This document shows, piece after piece, positions 1-13,099 of a stretch of 64,000 nucleotides of DNA; the stretch's first letter is position 1, and every line of letters starts with the position of its first letter. The notes under the pieces were generated by a model. The model was not told the origin of the DNA and ran no database searches. It was given only the letters and a program-made list of their open reading frames with translations. The translations under genes and the position numbers were made by a program. The DNA comes from Vicugna vicugna (Eukaryota): NCBI GenBank assembly GCA_013265495.1, contig MU057947.1:196048-260047 (forward strand), written 5' to 3'.

Positions 1-1435
1 CTCTATCCAGTAGAACCTACACGTTTTAATTAATGCTGCTCGATCTCATTAACGTGTGTAAAAAAATAATCAAACAACAAATTGCAGCGATTTGCAGTTG
101 AAAGACATTAACGAATACCGTGCGCAACAGAAAAAAACGGATGCTGTTATGTAAATAAATGCAAATACAGATCTCCTTACTGTATTTTGTGCCTAGTCTC
201 TGAGAAAGACGAGTCACTTAAAATCCTTATTTCTCAGCTGTATTCGTTAAAATAATGCATGTTAATTATATTCCAACACTCATCTGACAAATAACTGATA
301 AGTTACACAATGTAACTGCTAATAATCCTTGCAGCCCATTTTATTATCTTATGAAATTAGAGATTGAACATTGATTATGACTAATAGGGGATTTCATCCA
401 ATAAAGACAGCACAGGAGGAGAAGTATATAAAAATTGGGTAGCTGGCTTCTGAACGGCTAAAAGGAGCTATGTTAAGTCATTAATTAGCAAAGATAAATA
501 CTCCGGGTGAAGATTGTAACAGTTGTACTTTTTTAGACCAGGAATGAATTATTTATTCCTACCCCAGCCGCACCACAGAGTGCAAGGCAAGTTTGTTCAG
601 CAACAATGGGAGAAATATATTTGCTACAGGGCCAGCCTGGTAACACTGCTTCTTTTACATGCGATTTGTAAGCAAATTTATATGAAAGTATGCAGTGGCT
701 AATACGGCACCACTCCAGCCTCAGACTGAAGGGTGATTTTACAGACGTCCTGCAGCACTCCATCATCCCTTCATTTTAATGTCTTTATTTTATGATTTTG
801 TTGATGAAATACTACTTACCCAGTGCTCAAAATTCCTTTTAGGCTGCAGGCACTGGCTAGTTGACATGGCAAGCTATATTTTACAGCCATATATTTTAGC
901 TCTCTCTGTCCAAGTTGGAGGACACAGTAGCCAAGATGGTTTTTCATCGTAGAAATATATTTTCATATTTATTTATTGATTTGACTAATGTATCTATTTT
1001 TCAATTCACATGCTTATGTTTCAATCCATTAAAGTGATTCATGGTCAAATAATATGTTATTGCAAGTACAAAGAGGAGATAAAAACCACTGTACATTTGC
1101 TGTAACACAAGAACAAAAATAATAATAAAAAAACATTGCATGATTAAATATAGTTTTAATCCCCCAAAGATCAAAACGAAAATGATGTTTTTAATTATTT
1201 CACAAAAAAAGCATAAAATAAAAGTTTTTTAAAGAAAAAAGTAGGATGCAATTACCTATGAAGTAAGTTCTCCCAGTAATAAATATTTTGTGGATGTTTC
1301 TTAACAAGATTAAGTACACAATACAGACTTAGCATAAGGCGTGAAATTAACAACAGAATAAAAACTAAAATGGGTTGCAATTATTCAGCAGGAGGAGGCT
1401 GGATGGGGAAGCTGACCAGCTCTGAAACTTAAGAG

Positions 1436-1590
1436 CTACGTTCTCCACGTGCCTTGCTTACAGCCACTTAATGCAGTTAAAATGCTATTGAAAATATAGA
1501 TTCCTGGGCCCAGGGCAGCCGATGCACCAGAGAGCCAGGCTGACCAGCCACCAGGTTCCAGGTGAGCCTTGAGACATCCCATTTGGTTTG
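1436..1590. mobile_element. Degenerate MER5-like hAT DNA transposon fragment
   Basis: The motif 'aaaatatagattcctgggccc...ccaggtga' resembles the MER5A core. Confidence 0.4.
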
Positions 1591-2879
1591 CCCTAAAGGG
1601 ACCCCCTCACGGAGAAGACCGGTGAGAAATGCTGCAGGACTCACAGTCTCACGACAGACTTCATTTTCCTGGATGTTTGCTTTTTACGAACTCTATAGCT
1701 GCGAAATAATTAAAACACGGCGCTCGCACTTCCGCATGCACGTGTTTGAAGAAAGCACATCGTTTCAGGACATCACTTCGCTGTGTCATCGTGTTTAAGC
1801 ACAGGTGAGTGGGGCACAGGTGCAGAGGAAACACAGAGCCTCAAGCAGCTCGAGTTGACAGAGGAAGGCACTTGGCCTCTTGGAGCAGCAAGAAGCGTCA
1901 GCCCAGGAACCCGCAGCACGGGGGCAATCGTCCATCATGGAAACAGAAAACTGACAGCAGAGGGAAGTGAAGGGGGGTGAACTGGGGAGAGGACCACCCT
2001 ATGGAGGTAGGTCTTAAAGGGCAAGTAGGATTTTTCAAAGGAGAGGGAGAGAATTCCGGCAGGCGTGGCGTATGGGGCAGCGAGGGTCCTGGCCCTCTGA
2101 GGAGGGCGGGAGGTCCCCCGAGGCTGGGACAGCAGGTGCCTGACCCCGCGAGGACTCGGTGCAGTGGGCAAGGCCAAGTTGGTAAGCTCCTTCCGTCCAC
2201 GTGCAAAAATGTCTGTTCAGCACCTGCCACGTGCCAGGCACTGTGCTGAGGGCTGGGGTGTCAGCCTCCTCCCTTCTGATATATTTCCTATAGATCTGGA
2301 CAGACCTTAGCTGCCTTTCAAAGGAGTCTGGAAATAATGAGATTATTACCGACGGCGTGGAAAATGGCTGCATCTCATTACTCCCATCACATGGGGTGGG
2401 CTCTGATCTTGCGTCTGATCTTTGTCCGCAGCCTAACCCAGGAGAGGCACGACAAAGCCCAGAAACGCGGCCCTTGCGGCTGCCGGCCTCCGCTAGTCTT
2501 GGGGGCTCCTTGCTCCTAAACTGAGTTGTGACGTCCGGGGGCAGGATGACACTCTCCTCCAGAAGGGGCTCCGTGGAGGGAGAGAAGTCGCTCAGCCTGC
2601 ATTCACTGCCCTTTAGGGTTTGCCTATGACAGAATCAGAGACTATTCCAAAGATTTAGGCAGGAACTCGAGATCCCCGGGGGGTTCTTTCCCGGGCAAGC
2701 CCGCCGCTCGCCTGGCCTTCTGTGGGAGGCGGGAGACGCCCTCCTGCTCGTTGGTCCCTCCAGGGCGTCTCTCCTCACTGGCCTGTGCCCTCCTGGGCCG
2801 CAGAAGCTGTGCGGTCCACTGGACGTAGTAAGTGTTCACTAAATTTTTGCTACATTAAAGGTGCCCGTTCTCCAGAATT

Positions 2880-5590
2880 CACCCGAGAATCTAGATCGTG
2901 GGGATTTACGAACAAGCAAATAGAAGAAACCTTAACATCGCTCCCAGTCCTACCGTCTAGGGACGTCCGTGTAAACCTTTTGGTTCCTTTCCTTCCTACC
3001 CTTCCCCAGGAGGACTCACACTCTTTAAATTAAACTTTGGATCAAACCACTCTGACTGTTTCACTGCCTGCATTTTACACTAAATAATTTATACCAAATT
3101 GTTTTCCACAACGATTTTGAATGGTTGCCTGGTATTTCATGGTATGAATATACCGTGAAGATACAGCTTACTATGGCCTTTTTTTCCCATCACCAAAATA
3201 CTGCAACAAATATCTCTAAAGCCAAGTCTTCATTAACATCCATAATTATTTCCATAGAATAAAACTTAGAGTGGAATTTAAAACACTGTGAAATCTTTAA
3301 CCAGACAGACTGTATTATATATTTTACTTTTAACTATGCTCATTTTCCTACACACCACCACCATCGGATATTATCATTAAAACATTTTTATAAGTAAAAA
3401 TTTATATGTGTAGTTTTATAAGTAAAATTATTTCATTTTTATTTGCATTTCATTACTAGTCAGTTTTTTAAATTTATGCTTATTGGCCATTTATATTTCT
3501 TCTTTTATTTAATTACACTTTTAAATCTTCTGCATATTTTTCTTTCCATAATTTTATTTCTTAACTTAATATTTATTTGTGGTTTTTTTTGTTAGTTTTT
3601 TAACCACAGAGCATGAGGCAGAAAAGTAAACTTGTTCATAATCTCTCTCCAGTAATGTCTGTTGATCTTTAAAAAATAGATGTATGAGGTGAGAAAATTC
3701 AAGAGTATGCCGCCTTTCTGTTCCCATGACAACCCCAGTTCCTCTCCTTAAATCTGGTCACTAAACATAGTATTCTTTGACTTCAATGACACACACCCTG
3801 CAGACATATCCTCACAGCACAAGTCACACAATTCTTTACCTTGCTTTCACATTTAGCAGCACAGATCAGAGATTTTCCCAAACAATCACAAACCACATCC
3901 TTTTTCCTGGCTACATAGCATCCCACCACACACATGTGCCATAATTTATATAACCAGACGCCCAGTGCTGGACACATTGATTGTCTTTATTTTGTTTTCA
4001 TTATTGCAATAGCGCCAGAATGAAAATACTTGTAGATGGGTAAGGGGTGTGAAGAGAGACAGAGAGGAAGAGACAGAGGAAGGCAGAAAGAGGACGAGGG
4101 AGACACACACACACACAGAGAAAGCACCTTTGGTGAGTATGGGGATAAGTTCCTGACAGTGGGGGTTTCTGGCTTATATTTTCCTCAGTGATTTGAAGAG
4201 TTCTGTCTCTATTAGAGCTGTTAACACTTGAAATGTAATGTAAGTTGCAATTTTTTTCACAATTCATTCGCATTGTAATTTTTTTAAGTTGTCAGTACAT
4301 TTTTACAAATTCAAACTCATTTATTTTCTCTTTCTTGGTTTCGGCATTTGATGCCACACATGCAGAAAGATCAGATAAACTTCAACCTAGATTTTCCTTC
4401 TGGTTCTAATGTAGATCCATTCCTTAAGCTTAAAATATTAATCTTTCCGGGACTGACTTTTAGTCTTCTTATTATAAAGCAGGGATCTAACTTTTCTTTT
4501 TCCATATGTTTAACTAGATGCCCAAACTATTTGCTGAATAATCTATCCTTTTCTTATGGCACTAAAATGCCATCTTTGTTACATGTAAATTATTTATGTC
4601 TCTTTCTGAAATTTCTTTTCTGTTCTATTGATCCATTTATCCTTGTACCAAGAACACATTGTTCTAATCACTCTAGTATTTTAATATCTAGTAGGTCAAG
4701 TCCTCGCTCATTATTCTTATTTTTCAAAATTTCCTTGGCTCCTCTCAGCCATTTATTTTTCCAGATGAACTTTAACAACATTTTGTTAAGTTCCACCCCA
4801 AATCCCACTGGGACTAGAATTGGATATTCATTGAATTTGTAGATGAATTAGGCGAAAGTTGACATCTGCAATACTAAATCTTCTCTTAAAGGAACATTAT
4901 TCTTTATGTTCATTTCAGTTTTTTTTTTCTGTCCCTTGGCAAAGTTCTATAATTTTTAATGCTTCTCCAGGACATTTTGTAGTTTTACTCAGACATTTTA
5001 TATTTCTGTCTCTACTGCAAATAATATCTTTTGCCTGGAATATAGGTTTTCTATATTTTTGACTGTTTTGTATTAAATAAAGCTCTCCTAGTTTGCTTAA
5101 AATTAGGTTTTAGTTTAAATTGTTAAATATTAGCTAAAAACTAGCTAAAATTGTCTTAGTAGTTCTAATATGTTTTCAGTAGATTCCTTTAAGTTTCACA
5201 AATGGTTACATCACCTAGAAACAGTGCTAATTTCATCTCCGCCATTCCAGTAATTATGTGTCGAGTTTTTTATTTTAACCATTTTTTTAGACTTTTTTGG
5301 CAAAACTTACCAAATAGCCTTTTACGACAGACACCACGGGGATCATGCTGTGTCCTTCCTAACTGCCGGGGCCGTGATGCTGCGGAGGTCTGGAAGGCAA
5401 AGGCTGAGGACCTCACTGATCATGACAGTATTTCCTTGTTAGAGACACCTCCCCTCCCCCCCATTATCATTACTGAGAGCAAATGTTAAATTTTATCAAA
5501 TAGCTTGTCTGCACCCGCAGGATGATCGTGTTTCCCCCCGTATCCTGCACGTGTGAGATACGAACGGATTTGTTTGTGATGATTCACTCT
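2880..5590 (-). mobile_element. Old L1 (L1M-type) 3' end and ORF2 fragments, antisense
   Basis: T-rich sequence with reverse-complement L1 motifs, e.g. 'ttattctta tttttcaaaatttccttggct', 'ccagatgaactttaac' and 'gaattggatattcattgaatttgtagatgaattagg'. Confidence 0.8.
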
Positions 5591-5791
5591 TTGTTGTTGA
5601 CCCCATTGTGTCAGTTTCTGGTGTACAGCATGATGTTTCAGTCGTACGTGCACATACATACAGTCACTTTCATTTTCTTTTTCTTCATAGGTTACTACAA
5701 GATACTGAATAGAGTTCCCTGTGCTCTACCACAGGGCCTTGCTGTTTATCTATTTTATATATAGCTGTGTGTATCTGCAAATCTCCAACTC
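5590..5791 (-). mobile_element. Younger camelid-type L1 3' end, truncated
   Basis: 'tgtgtcagtttctggtgtacagca...ggttactacaagatactgaatagagttccctgtgct' is the reverse complement of the L1 tail seen at 9.7 kb and 45.6 kb. Confidence 0.85.
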
Positions 5792-5829
5792 GTTCACTCT
5801 TGCATACACATGAATACTATGAGATCACA

Positions 5830-6020
5830 GTGCATCATTCTCCAAAGTAAGAAAAATCTAGGTTCAAATCTCAGCTCTATTTCTTCTTGGTTATGTGGTC
5901 ATGAGCAACTTACTCCAGTTCTCCAAGCCATCACGAACCCTCATCCTATAAGGCTGTCGCTGAGGAAACGAGACCACAGAGCCCCGCACAGCACACACTC
6001 GACAACTGGGAGAATTCACC
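5830..6020 (+). mobile_element. MIR SINE, degenerate
   Basis: 'ctaggttcaaatctcagctct...tgtggtcatgagcaacttac' matches the MIR core. Confidence 0.6.
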
Positions 6021-6029
6021 GCTGCCTCG

Positions 6030-7480
6030 GGACACCCTGTTCCTGTCAGTTTAGTAAGATTTCCTTCAGGACCTTCCCATCTATTTTCATAGGGAAACTT
6101 GTTCTACAGCTTTGTACGTCTTTATCACGCTTGTGTCAAGAATCCTCTAACTTTATAAAATCAATTGAAAAGATTTCTTTCTTTTTTATGCTCAGAAATA
6201 GTTTACACAGAATAGAAATTAATTGTAGCTTGGAAGGTGGATAGAGTGGAAATCAGGTTTGAAACCATTGGTTTACATCTTCGGTTGGCTGAGGATAAAC
6301 AGTTTGGTTTGGTTTTGTTTTTAGCTTCACGTGGTGAAATGGCGCATTCAGGGCTTTCCGTCTCTTCTGCTAGAAACTCGTCATGTGACCAAGTTGACCA
6401 GGATATTATTTTATCATCTCTGCATCTAAGTGTGCAGATTCCCTCAACTCAACCCAGCATTTGCAAAGTGACTTTTTTATTTTGCTTTGATCACGCAAAA
6501 TAAGCGTTTTCACTCTTTTCAAAGAATCAATGCTTGACTGTATCTAGCAATCATATTATTTGATATTTTTGTTATGTTTTAATAATGGACTTCATCCTTA
6601 TCCCTTCCTCGCCCCTGCTAGTCTCAGGTAAATGCAGCCATTTTTTTTGTCTTCTGGAGTAGAATGGTTTTTCTTTTTCCAGTTGTTGTTAATATTAGAA
6701 ACGTTAACAGCTGTAAGTGTGCACGTGGGCACCGCTGTGGCCGTGCCTCCCCGAGGCTTCACACATCCTGTTCTCAGGTTATTCCACTAAACCATGAGCG
6801 AAGTGCGCTTCCTTCTTTGCCTGTTTTTATTAACTTGTCTTTTCCATACCCAGGAAAATATTTCTAATTTTCCTGTTTGTCATTAGAGTTTTTTCAACTA
6901 TTATTCACTTCTAGTTGGATTGCATTATCATGTCAGCCTGCGTCCATGGTAAAGTATGCCTTTGGTGGAATACATTGGTGTTTTCTTTTGGAATATACTA
7001 TATGCTTCTAAAACATTCTATGGATATTTTAAAATGATGTGTAACATATCAAATTTTGTACCATGGGATACAAAGTTTCATATATATTTTATTATTAATA
7101 GTTTATGTACTGATTATATTATTGCAATTTCCTGTATAGTGTTTTTTACCCAGTGTTAATGGAAAAGATGCTAAACTCCCCCGCTAATATTACAGTGTTG
7201 TTATTCATGCATGTCTAACAATATTCCCCTTCCATATTTTAATGTGTCACTAATTAGCATCTCATATTTCTTGCTATTGTAATTTGTGGCCATTGAGTTG
7301 AACAAGGTCCCCCTAGGTGAGATCAAAAGATTAGTTTTTCTCTCCACCCGCACCCATAACTCTAAGGGCCGCGCTTTCTCTGGCAAGTCCCATCTCCTCT
7401 CCAGCATTCTTAGGCAAGACGACATTCCCTCCTCACTTCTGGTGGCAAACATGGTCTTAGTTCAGAGCCACATCTGTCCA
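6030..7480 (-). mobile_element. Old L1 ORF2 fragment, antisense (continuation of the upstream L1)
   Basis: T-rich antisense L1 ORF2-like motifs: 'ttttcaaagaatcaatgcttg' and 'ttctagttggattgcattat'. Confidence 0.7.
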
Positions 7481-7945
7481 GTCGTCCGTCTGTAACAGGT
7501 TAGCCTCCTGGCATTATTTAAAGTTCAAGCCAGTCCCTCCCACAGCTCATGCCTGGCACAACTATGTATTGATTAAAGAACACACAAACCAACACAAATA
7601 GAAGAAAGATCTCATATCTTTTTCCAGGAAATACAGTGATGTCCAGAAAAAGAGGCCAGGCATCAGGAAGAAACAAAAGGTAGGAGTTCTGCTCAGGGAG
7701 GCCCCTCCACTGAGCAGCCAGAGGTGGGGCGGAGTGTCGGTGCCAGCCGACAATCGATCAGGTCCAGAAACCTGTGCTGCAGGACTGAGAAAAGGAAAGA
7801 CGTAACAAAGAGACAGCAAGACAAGACAAGTTGGGGTTGAGAGGGTCTCACTCTAGCCCGCAAGACGCTAGGTCAAGAGTGGACATCGAGTTTATTTCAG
7901 GCAGTTAATTTATACAAATTCAAGTGACTACCTTGTGCATTGCAT

Positions 7946-8178
7946 NNNNNNNNNNNNNNNNNNNNNNNNNNNNNNNNNNNNNNNNNNNNNNNNNNNNNNN
8001 NNNNNNNNNNNNNNNNNNNNNNNNNNNNNNNNNNNNNNNNNNNNNNNNNNNNNNNNNNNNNNNNNNNNNNNNNNNNNNNNNNNNNNNNNNNNNNNNNNNN
8101 NNNNNNNNNNNNNNNNNNNNNNNNNNNNNNNNNNNNNNNNNNNNNNNNNNNNNNNNNNNNNNNNNNNNNNNNNNNNNN
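7946..8178. other. Assembly gap (233 N)
   Basis: Run of N bases. Confidence 1.
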
Positions 8179-9384
8179 CTCAATTGACCTTTGAGCCGGG
8201 CGCCCCGCACTGTGGGAGTTTAGGCCCAACCTTTGTGCTCGGCAGCCTCAATCTCAGAGCCTGGCGCCCTGCACTTTGGGGTTTTACGCCCAGTTTCTGT
8301 GCTCGGCAGCCCTCCGTCACGAGCGGCTCCCCGCAGCAGAGCCACAGGCCAGGACTGCTGGCCATCACTGTAGGAAGGCCCACGATAAACTTCATCCAAG
8401 CATCCTGATTCCATCAGACCAGAAGGAAAAGTATTTATTAGTTTATCTATAAATTCACTTTCAAAAAAACACCTCTTAGTAATCTACAGTCACAATCCAG
8501 CCATCCCAGGGCTGTTTCAGCAGAGCCCACATCTGTCTGAGCGATTGAACGGAAATTCTGGGGTGGCGCCCAGAGTCCAAGGCAACCCTTCCTACCTTCC
8601 TACCACCTGGTGGGAACCCTGCGCAAACACTGATGCTCTGGAGCCCTGAGGGCAGGCGGGGCAGAATCACCACCGTACGCGTGGAGGAACGGACATCCCC
8701 TCACATGGTCAGTAGAACAGACCCCACTGCAATGAGAGGTGAGACTCCCACTGAGCCGGACAGACCATGCGCCCCAGGAAAGCGGCATCGCAGGAGGCGG
8801 GGTCCCCTGAGGCTGCGCTGGGCGCCACGGCAGCGGGGAGAGGGAAGCCTGATTCTCCCTCGCCTGCTCCTCCAGCCTCCTGGTACTCCTCTGGCGGGTG
8901 AGTCAGAAAGCGCTACCCAAATCCCCGCACCCGGAAGAGCCTGCCGGGTCCGCGTCAAAGCCACTCACCCCCCGGCCTGCGCTGCTGCCCAGAGTGGGCG
9001 GGGACACAGGGCTCCCCTGCTCACGCGGAGTGTCCCAGCTGCCCCGCTTGACAGGCAGATCGGGGACCCACGCAGCAACAGAGCCTGCTTTTCAACTCAA
9101 GGCAAAATAAGTGAGGCCCGGCCATGAGATGTGCTCTAATCGCAGGGGCCGCAGCGCCACGCCCTGTGCAGGTCTCTCCCGGGTTCCCCCCACCCCCGAT
9201 GCAGAAGAGACGCAAGTGGAAGGAGGATTGGGGTTTTATCAGTCAGTGTCAACGGGAATCGGGGACATGAGTTTAAAGTCATATCTTTTCTTACTCATCA
9301 CTTTATTTGCTGGTGTATCTCATTGAGTAGCAGCAAACCGTGCTCATTAATTGTCCCAGCTATGTTAAAAGTGCACCTCCTTTA

Positions 9385-9865
9385 GTAATGGAATACTACT
9401 CAGTCATAAAAAAGAATAAAATAGTGCCATTCGCGGCAATATGGATGGACCTGAAGATCATCATTCTACGTGAAGTGAGCCAGAAAGAGAAAGATACCAA
9501 GTGAGATCACTCATATGTGGAATCGAAAAGAAAAAAGAAAAGAGGGGACACATCAACTCATCTACAGAACAGAAACTGACTTGCAGACACAGTGAACAGT
9601 CTTATGGTCACCGGCTGGAAAGGGTGGGAAAGGATAAATCTGGGTGTTTGAGACTTGCAGTTGTTAACCTTTATACATAAAAATAGATTTTAAAAAAAGT
9701 TTCTTTGGTATATCATAGGGAACTACATTCAATATCTTGTAATAACCTTTAATGAAAAAGAATATGAAAATGAATATATGTATGTGTATGCATGACTGGG
9801 ACATTGTGCTGTACACCAGAGACTGACACATTGTAACTGACTGTTCTTTAATTTAAAAAAAAAAT
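9385..9865 (+). mobile_element. Camelid-type L1 3' end (end of ORF2, 3'UTR and A tail)
   Basis: Contains 'aatggaatactactcagtcataaaaaagaataaaatagtgccatt...ggatggacct' and 'catgactgggacattgtgctgtacaccagagactgacacattgtaactgact', followed by an A tail. Confidence 0.92.
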
Positions 9866-10095
9866 TAAGCATACTCTTTAAAAAAAAAAGAAAATCTTGC
9901 ATGTTTTAAACTTTTGCTCTGTATAGGACTTTTAAAGCTTCATTTAAATGAAGTTAGACAGAAGGACGTTGGAGATTGACACTTAGTGTGAGGGGAAAGG
10001 TGGATTTGGAGGGACCCTGGGAAGCCATAGTCTTCTGCCTGGATACACCCAGATGAACGTGTGCTCACCGCCTGGATCCCCAGTCCAGAGTGTGC

Positions 10096-10531
10096 GGATG
10101 TCAGTCTCCTAGGGTGGCCGTAACAACGTACCACAAACTGAGTGGCTTAAAAAGAGAAACTTACTCTCTCACAGTGCTGGAAGCCAGGATCCTGCAGTCA
10201 AGGTGCTGGCAGGGTAGGTCCCTGCTGGAGGCTCAGGTGGAGAATGGGCCCCACGCCTCCTCTCTCCCAGCTTCCGGGGTTGCTGGCCATTCTCGGCAAT
10301 TCTCGATGTGCAGACACAGCACTCCAGTCTCGGCCTCCGTCTCTGCCCGGCGGTGCTCCCCGGGTGCCTCTCTGCGTGTCCGATGCCAGGCATGCTCCTG
10401 TCGGCCCACTCTACCTCGTGTGATCTCATCTCGTCTAGTTACATCAGAAATGACACTTTTACCAGTAAGGTCACATTCTGAGGTTCCAGGAAGGACGTGA
10501 AATCTGGGGGGACAGTGTGCCACCCAGCACA
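10096..10531 (-). mobile_element. MLT1 (MaLR) solo LTR
   Basis: 'cctagggtggccgtaacaacgtaccacaaactgagtggcttaaaa...tctcacagtgctggaagccagg...aaggtcacattctgagg' is the typical reverse-strand MLT1 LTR. Confidence 0.88.
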
Positions 10532-12589
10532 GGGGGGACTTGACCTTGACTGTTCACGTGCTACTCACTCTCAGTGCCCCCGCCCAGGGCCCTAACCAGA
10601 ACAAACGTCCCGGAGTCGCAGGCTGCTGGTTACCTTCCCCTGAGCCCGCCTGTCCCTGCTCAGGGCTGGGAGGTGAGTCCGCCCCGCACAGGGGGCACCT
10701 GGGTGGGGCTAACTGACGAGCTTCGACAGGTCTTCGATGACTATTTAAGTTGCCAGGAATCACATGTAAAGGCAGCAAAGGATGGAAGGCTTTGCCGGGA
10801 GAGCCCTGCATTCGGACACGCCTCAGAAAGAGTTAAACTCAAAACGCAAAGGCCACGGAGTTAGTGAAGCCACAAGCGCAGAGGGACCTGCACCGCATTC
10901 AGCCCCCGCTGGACCCCTTCTGAGCACACTGGGGGCACATGCTGGCATGGAAAGGCCCCCAAATGAGCCGGGAAGTCTTCCACTCCATCATGAAGAATTG
11001 TCCTCTGGAGTGGGTACCAGTGGGGATGTGTTTGAAACACTTACCATATGGGCCCGAGAAGGGTCTAATTTGTCCATCTTGAAATTTTGCCTTCCTTCTG
11101 AAAGGATAGTTAATTTAAAGTCATTTGCTTCACAGGTGAAGCCTTTTTTCCAAGTGTTTAATAGATCACCCTTGGTTGCCTGAACAATTAGAAATTGTCA
11201 CCAAAGAAAAATGTCGCAGTTCATGTAAATAACTGTTTACCTAAAGGAGTGCGAATCCACCAGAGTCAGCACACTCTAATGAGGCATGACAGCAGAGAGG
11301 AAGCCAGGGCTCGGCTGCATCTGCTAGAGCTGACATTGCTTACGGTAAAAATTGGCCAAAACAACTATTATTTGTTTTTTTTCTTGTCAGAAATAATGTA
11401 GCTTGAAAATTTTCAACAGGCAACACGAATCCAGACCATTTGTTACTTCTAATGGCACAATTGTCCTCCTGACAGATATAAAAAATTGGGGCACTTATGT
11501 CATTTACCTAAATTCCTAGTTAATGCCATGGCAAAAGAGAAATTGGACCAGCAAAAAAAAAAAGAAAGAAAGAAAAGTTGAAAAATGTCTCTGTTCGTCC
11601 TCATGTAGTCTGTCTTTGTTCAGTTTCCCACTGTTTCCCCAACAAATAACAAACTAGCTCACCAAAGACCGCTCGTCTCAGCAGGAGGAGGGAAAGATGG
11701 AGACTGTGCACTCAGCTCCTCAGGACGCCCGGCACCGCTTTCTCAACAACCAACAAAAAAAAACCCTTGAAACAAAAGGTGAGTTACATCAAGTTGGCAT
11801 TTCTCGAAGACTTTGTACTTACGCCCATGGCTAAGCGGGAGGCACACTGGACGCCCCCACCCTTGACTCAATCCTCCAGACCCTAACCCTCAAAACTGCA
11901 GCTAGATTGTGCATTTTAAGCCTTGGACATCAGTGGACCACCGGGTAGTTGAAAATTCCTGGAATCCGGCACAGTTGTGAAACAGCCCTCTGATCGCTGA
12001 AGCCGCAGCATTCTGTCTGCTGCACTCCCGACGGCGTTTCCCCCACGGTGAAAAGCAATTCCTCCACAAACGGAGGTGAAGACACTCTCCAGAAGTGTGA
12101 TTATGACCGACATTCACGGAGCCAAGGTAACACAAAGCAACACCTCCCATTCTGTGTTCCTTAGAACGCTATTTCCAAGAGATGCTTGGTTGGGGAAAAA
12201 TAATAATAATCATTCGGGAAAGCATACTCTCTCCTTCTTAGACACAACGCCCACGAGGATGCAGAAGGTTCTGCGAGTTCTGCAGTAAAGGAGCCTTTCT
12301 CAAGGTATCCAACTCATCATTTTCCAAATGTATTCGACCTTATAGTTCTAATTGTACATGAAAAAAAATTATACCCTGCAGGGAAGAGAAAAGATCTGTG
12401 GAGTTTAAGCCTGCTATTGAGGACCTTACTCGTTTTCAAAGCAGTCCAGCCCAGGGATGACACCAATGCCTGGCTAAGAGAGACAAAGCGCATGAGACAC
12501 CCAGGACAGAGGCGGGAACGTGGTGGGTTCCTGGTCGCTGCTGGCTGGTCAGAGGACGAGGGAAAAGTTCTTCATGTGAAGTAAACAGA

Positions 12590-12742
12590 TGCCTTCGGAG
12601 ACTGCTCCACAGTTCATAGCGTCAGAACCCTTGACTGTGGACTTCTGGCCTCCAGAACCCTGTAATCTTGAATCCCCATTATTCTAAGCCACCCAGTTTG
12701 GGGCGCTTTGCAATGGCAGCCCCAGGGAACTGCATGATGACA
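12590..12742 (+). mobile_element. MLT1 LTR 3' fragment
   Basis: 'ggacttctggcctccagaac...taagccacccagtttggggcgctttgcaatggcagccccagggaac'. Confidence 0.8.
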
Positions 12743-13099
12743 TGGGTGAGTATCTGACAACAGCCTCCAAGTCCCCTCCTCCCACCCCCTCTCCTCCAAA
12801 CAACACGCTCCTCATCCCTACCAGCTCCTTCTGCAGCAAATCTTCCCAAGTTTTTCAAAGTAGTCAATGTCCTCTGTGTACATTTCAGCTTAGGGGGTCC
12901 TTTCTCAAACGTGGCACCCCACACCCAGTAGAGCACCTCCTTATGATGGAGCCAGTTCAGTAGACGGTGGGTGTTACTCCCTAGATGCACATACGTAACC
13001 ATCTCACAGCTGGTGCATTTTGCATTGTGATCGATCAGATTCTCAAAGTGGTCCCAGTGGGAAGCACTGCGACGTCAGGTGGCCTTCATCCCACCTTCT

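Noticed and set aside
7897..8408. ORFs spanning the N run
   Set aside because: Artefacts of the assembly gap.
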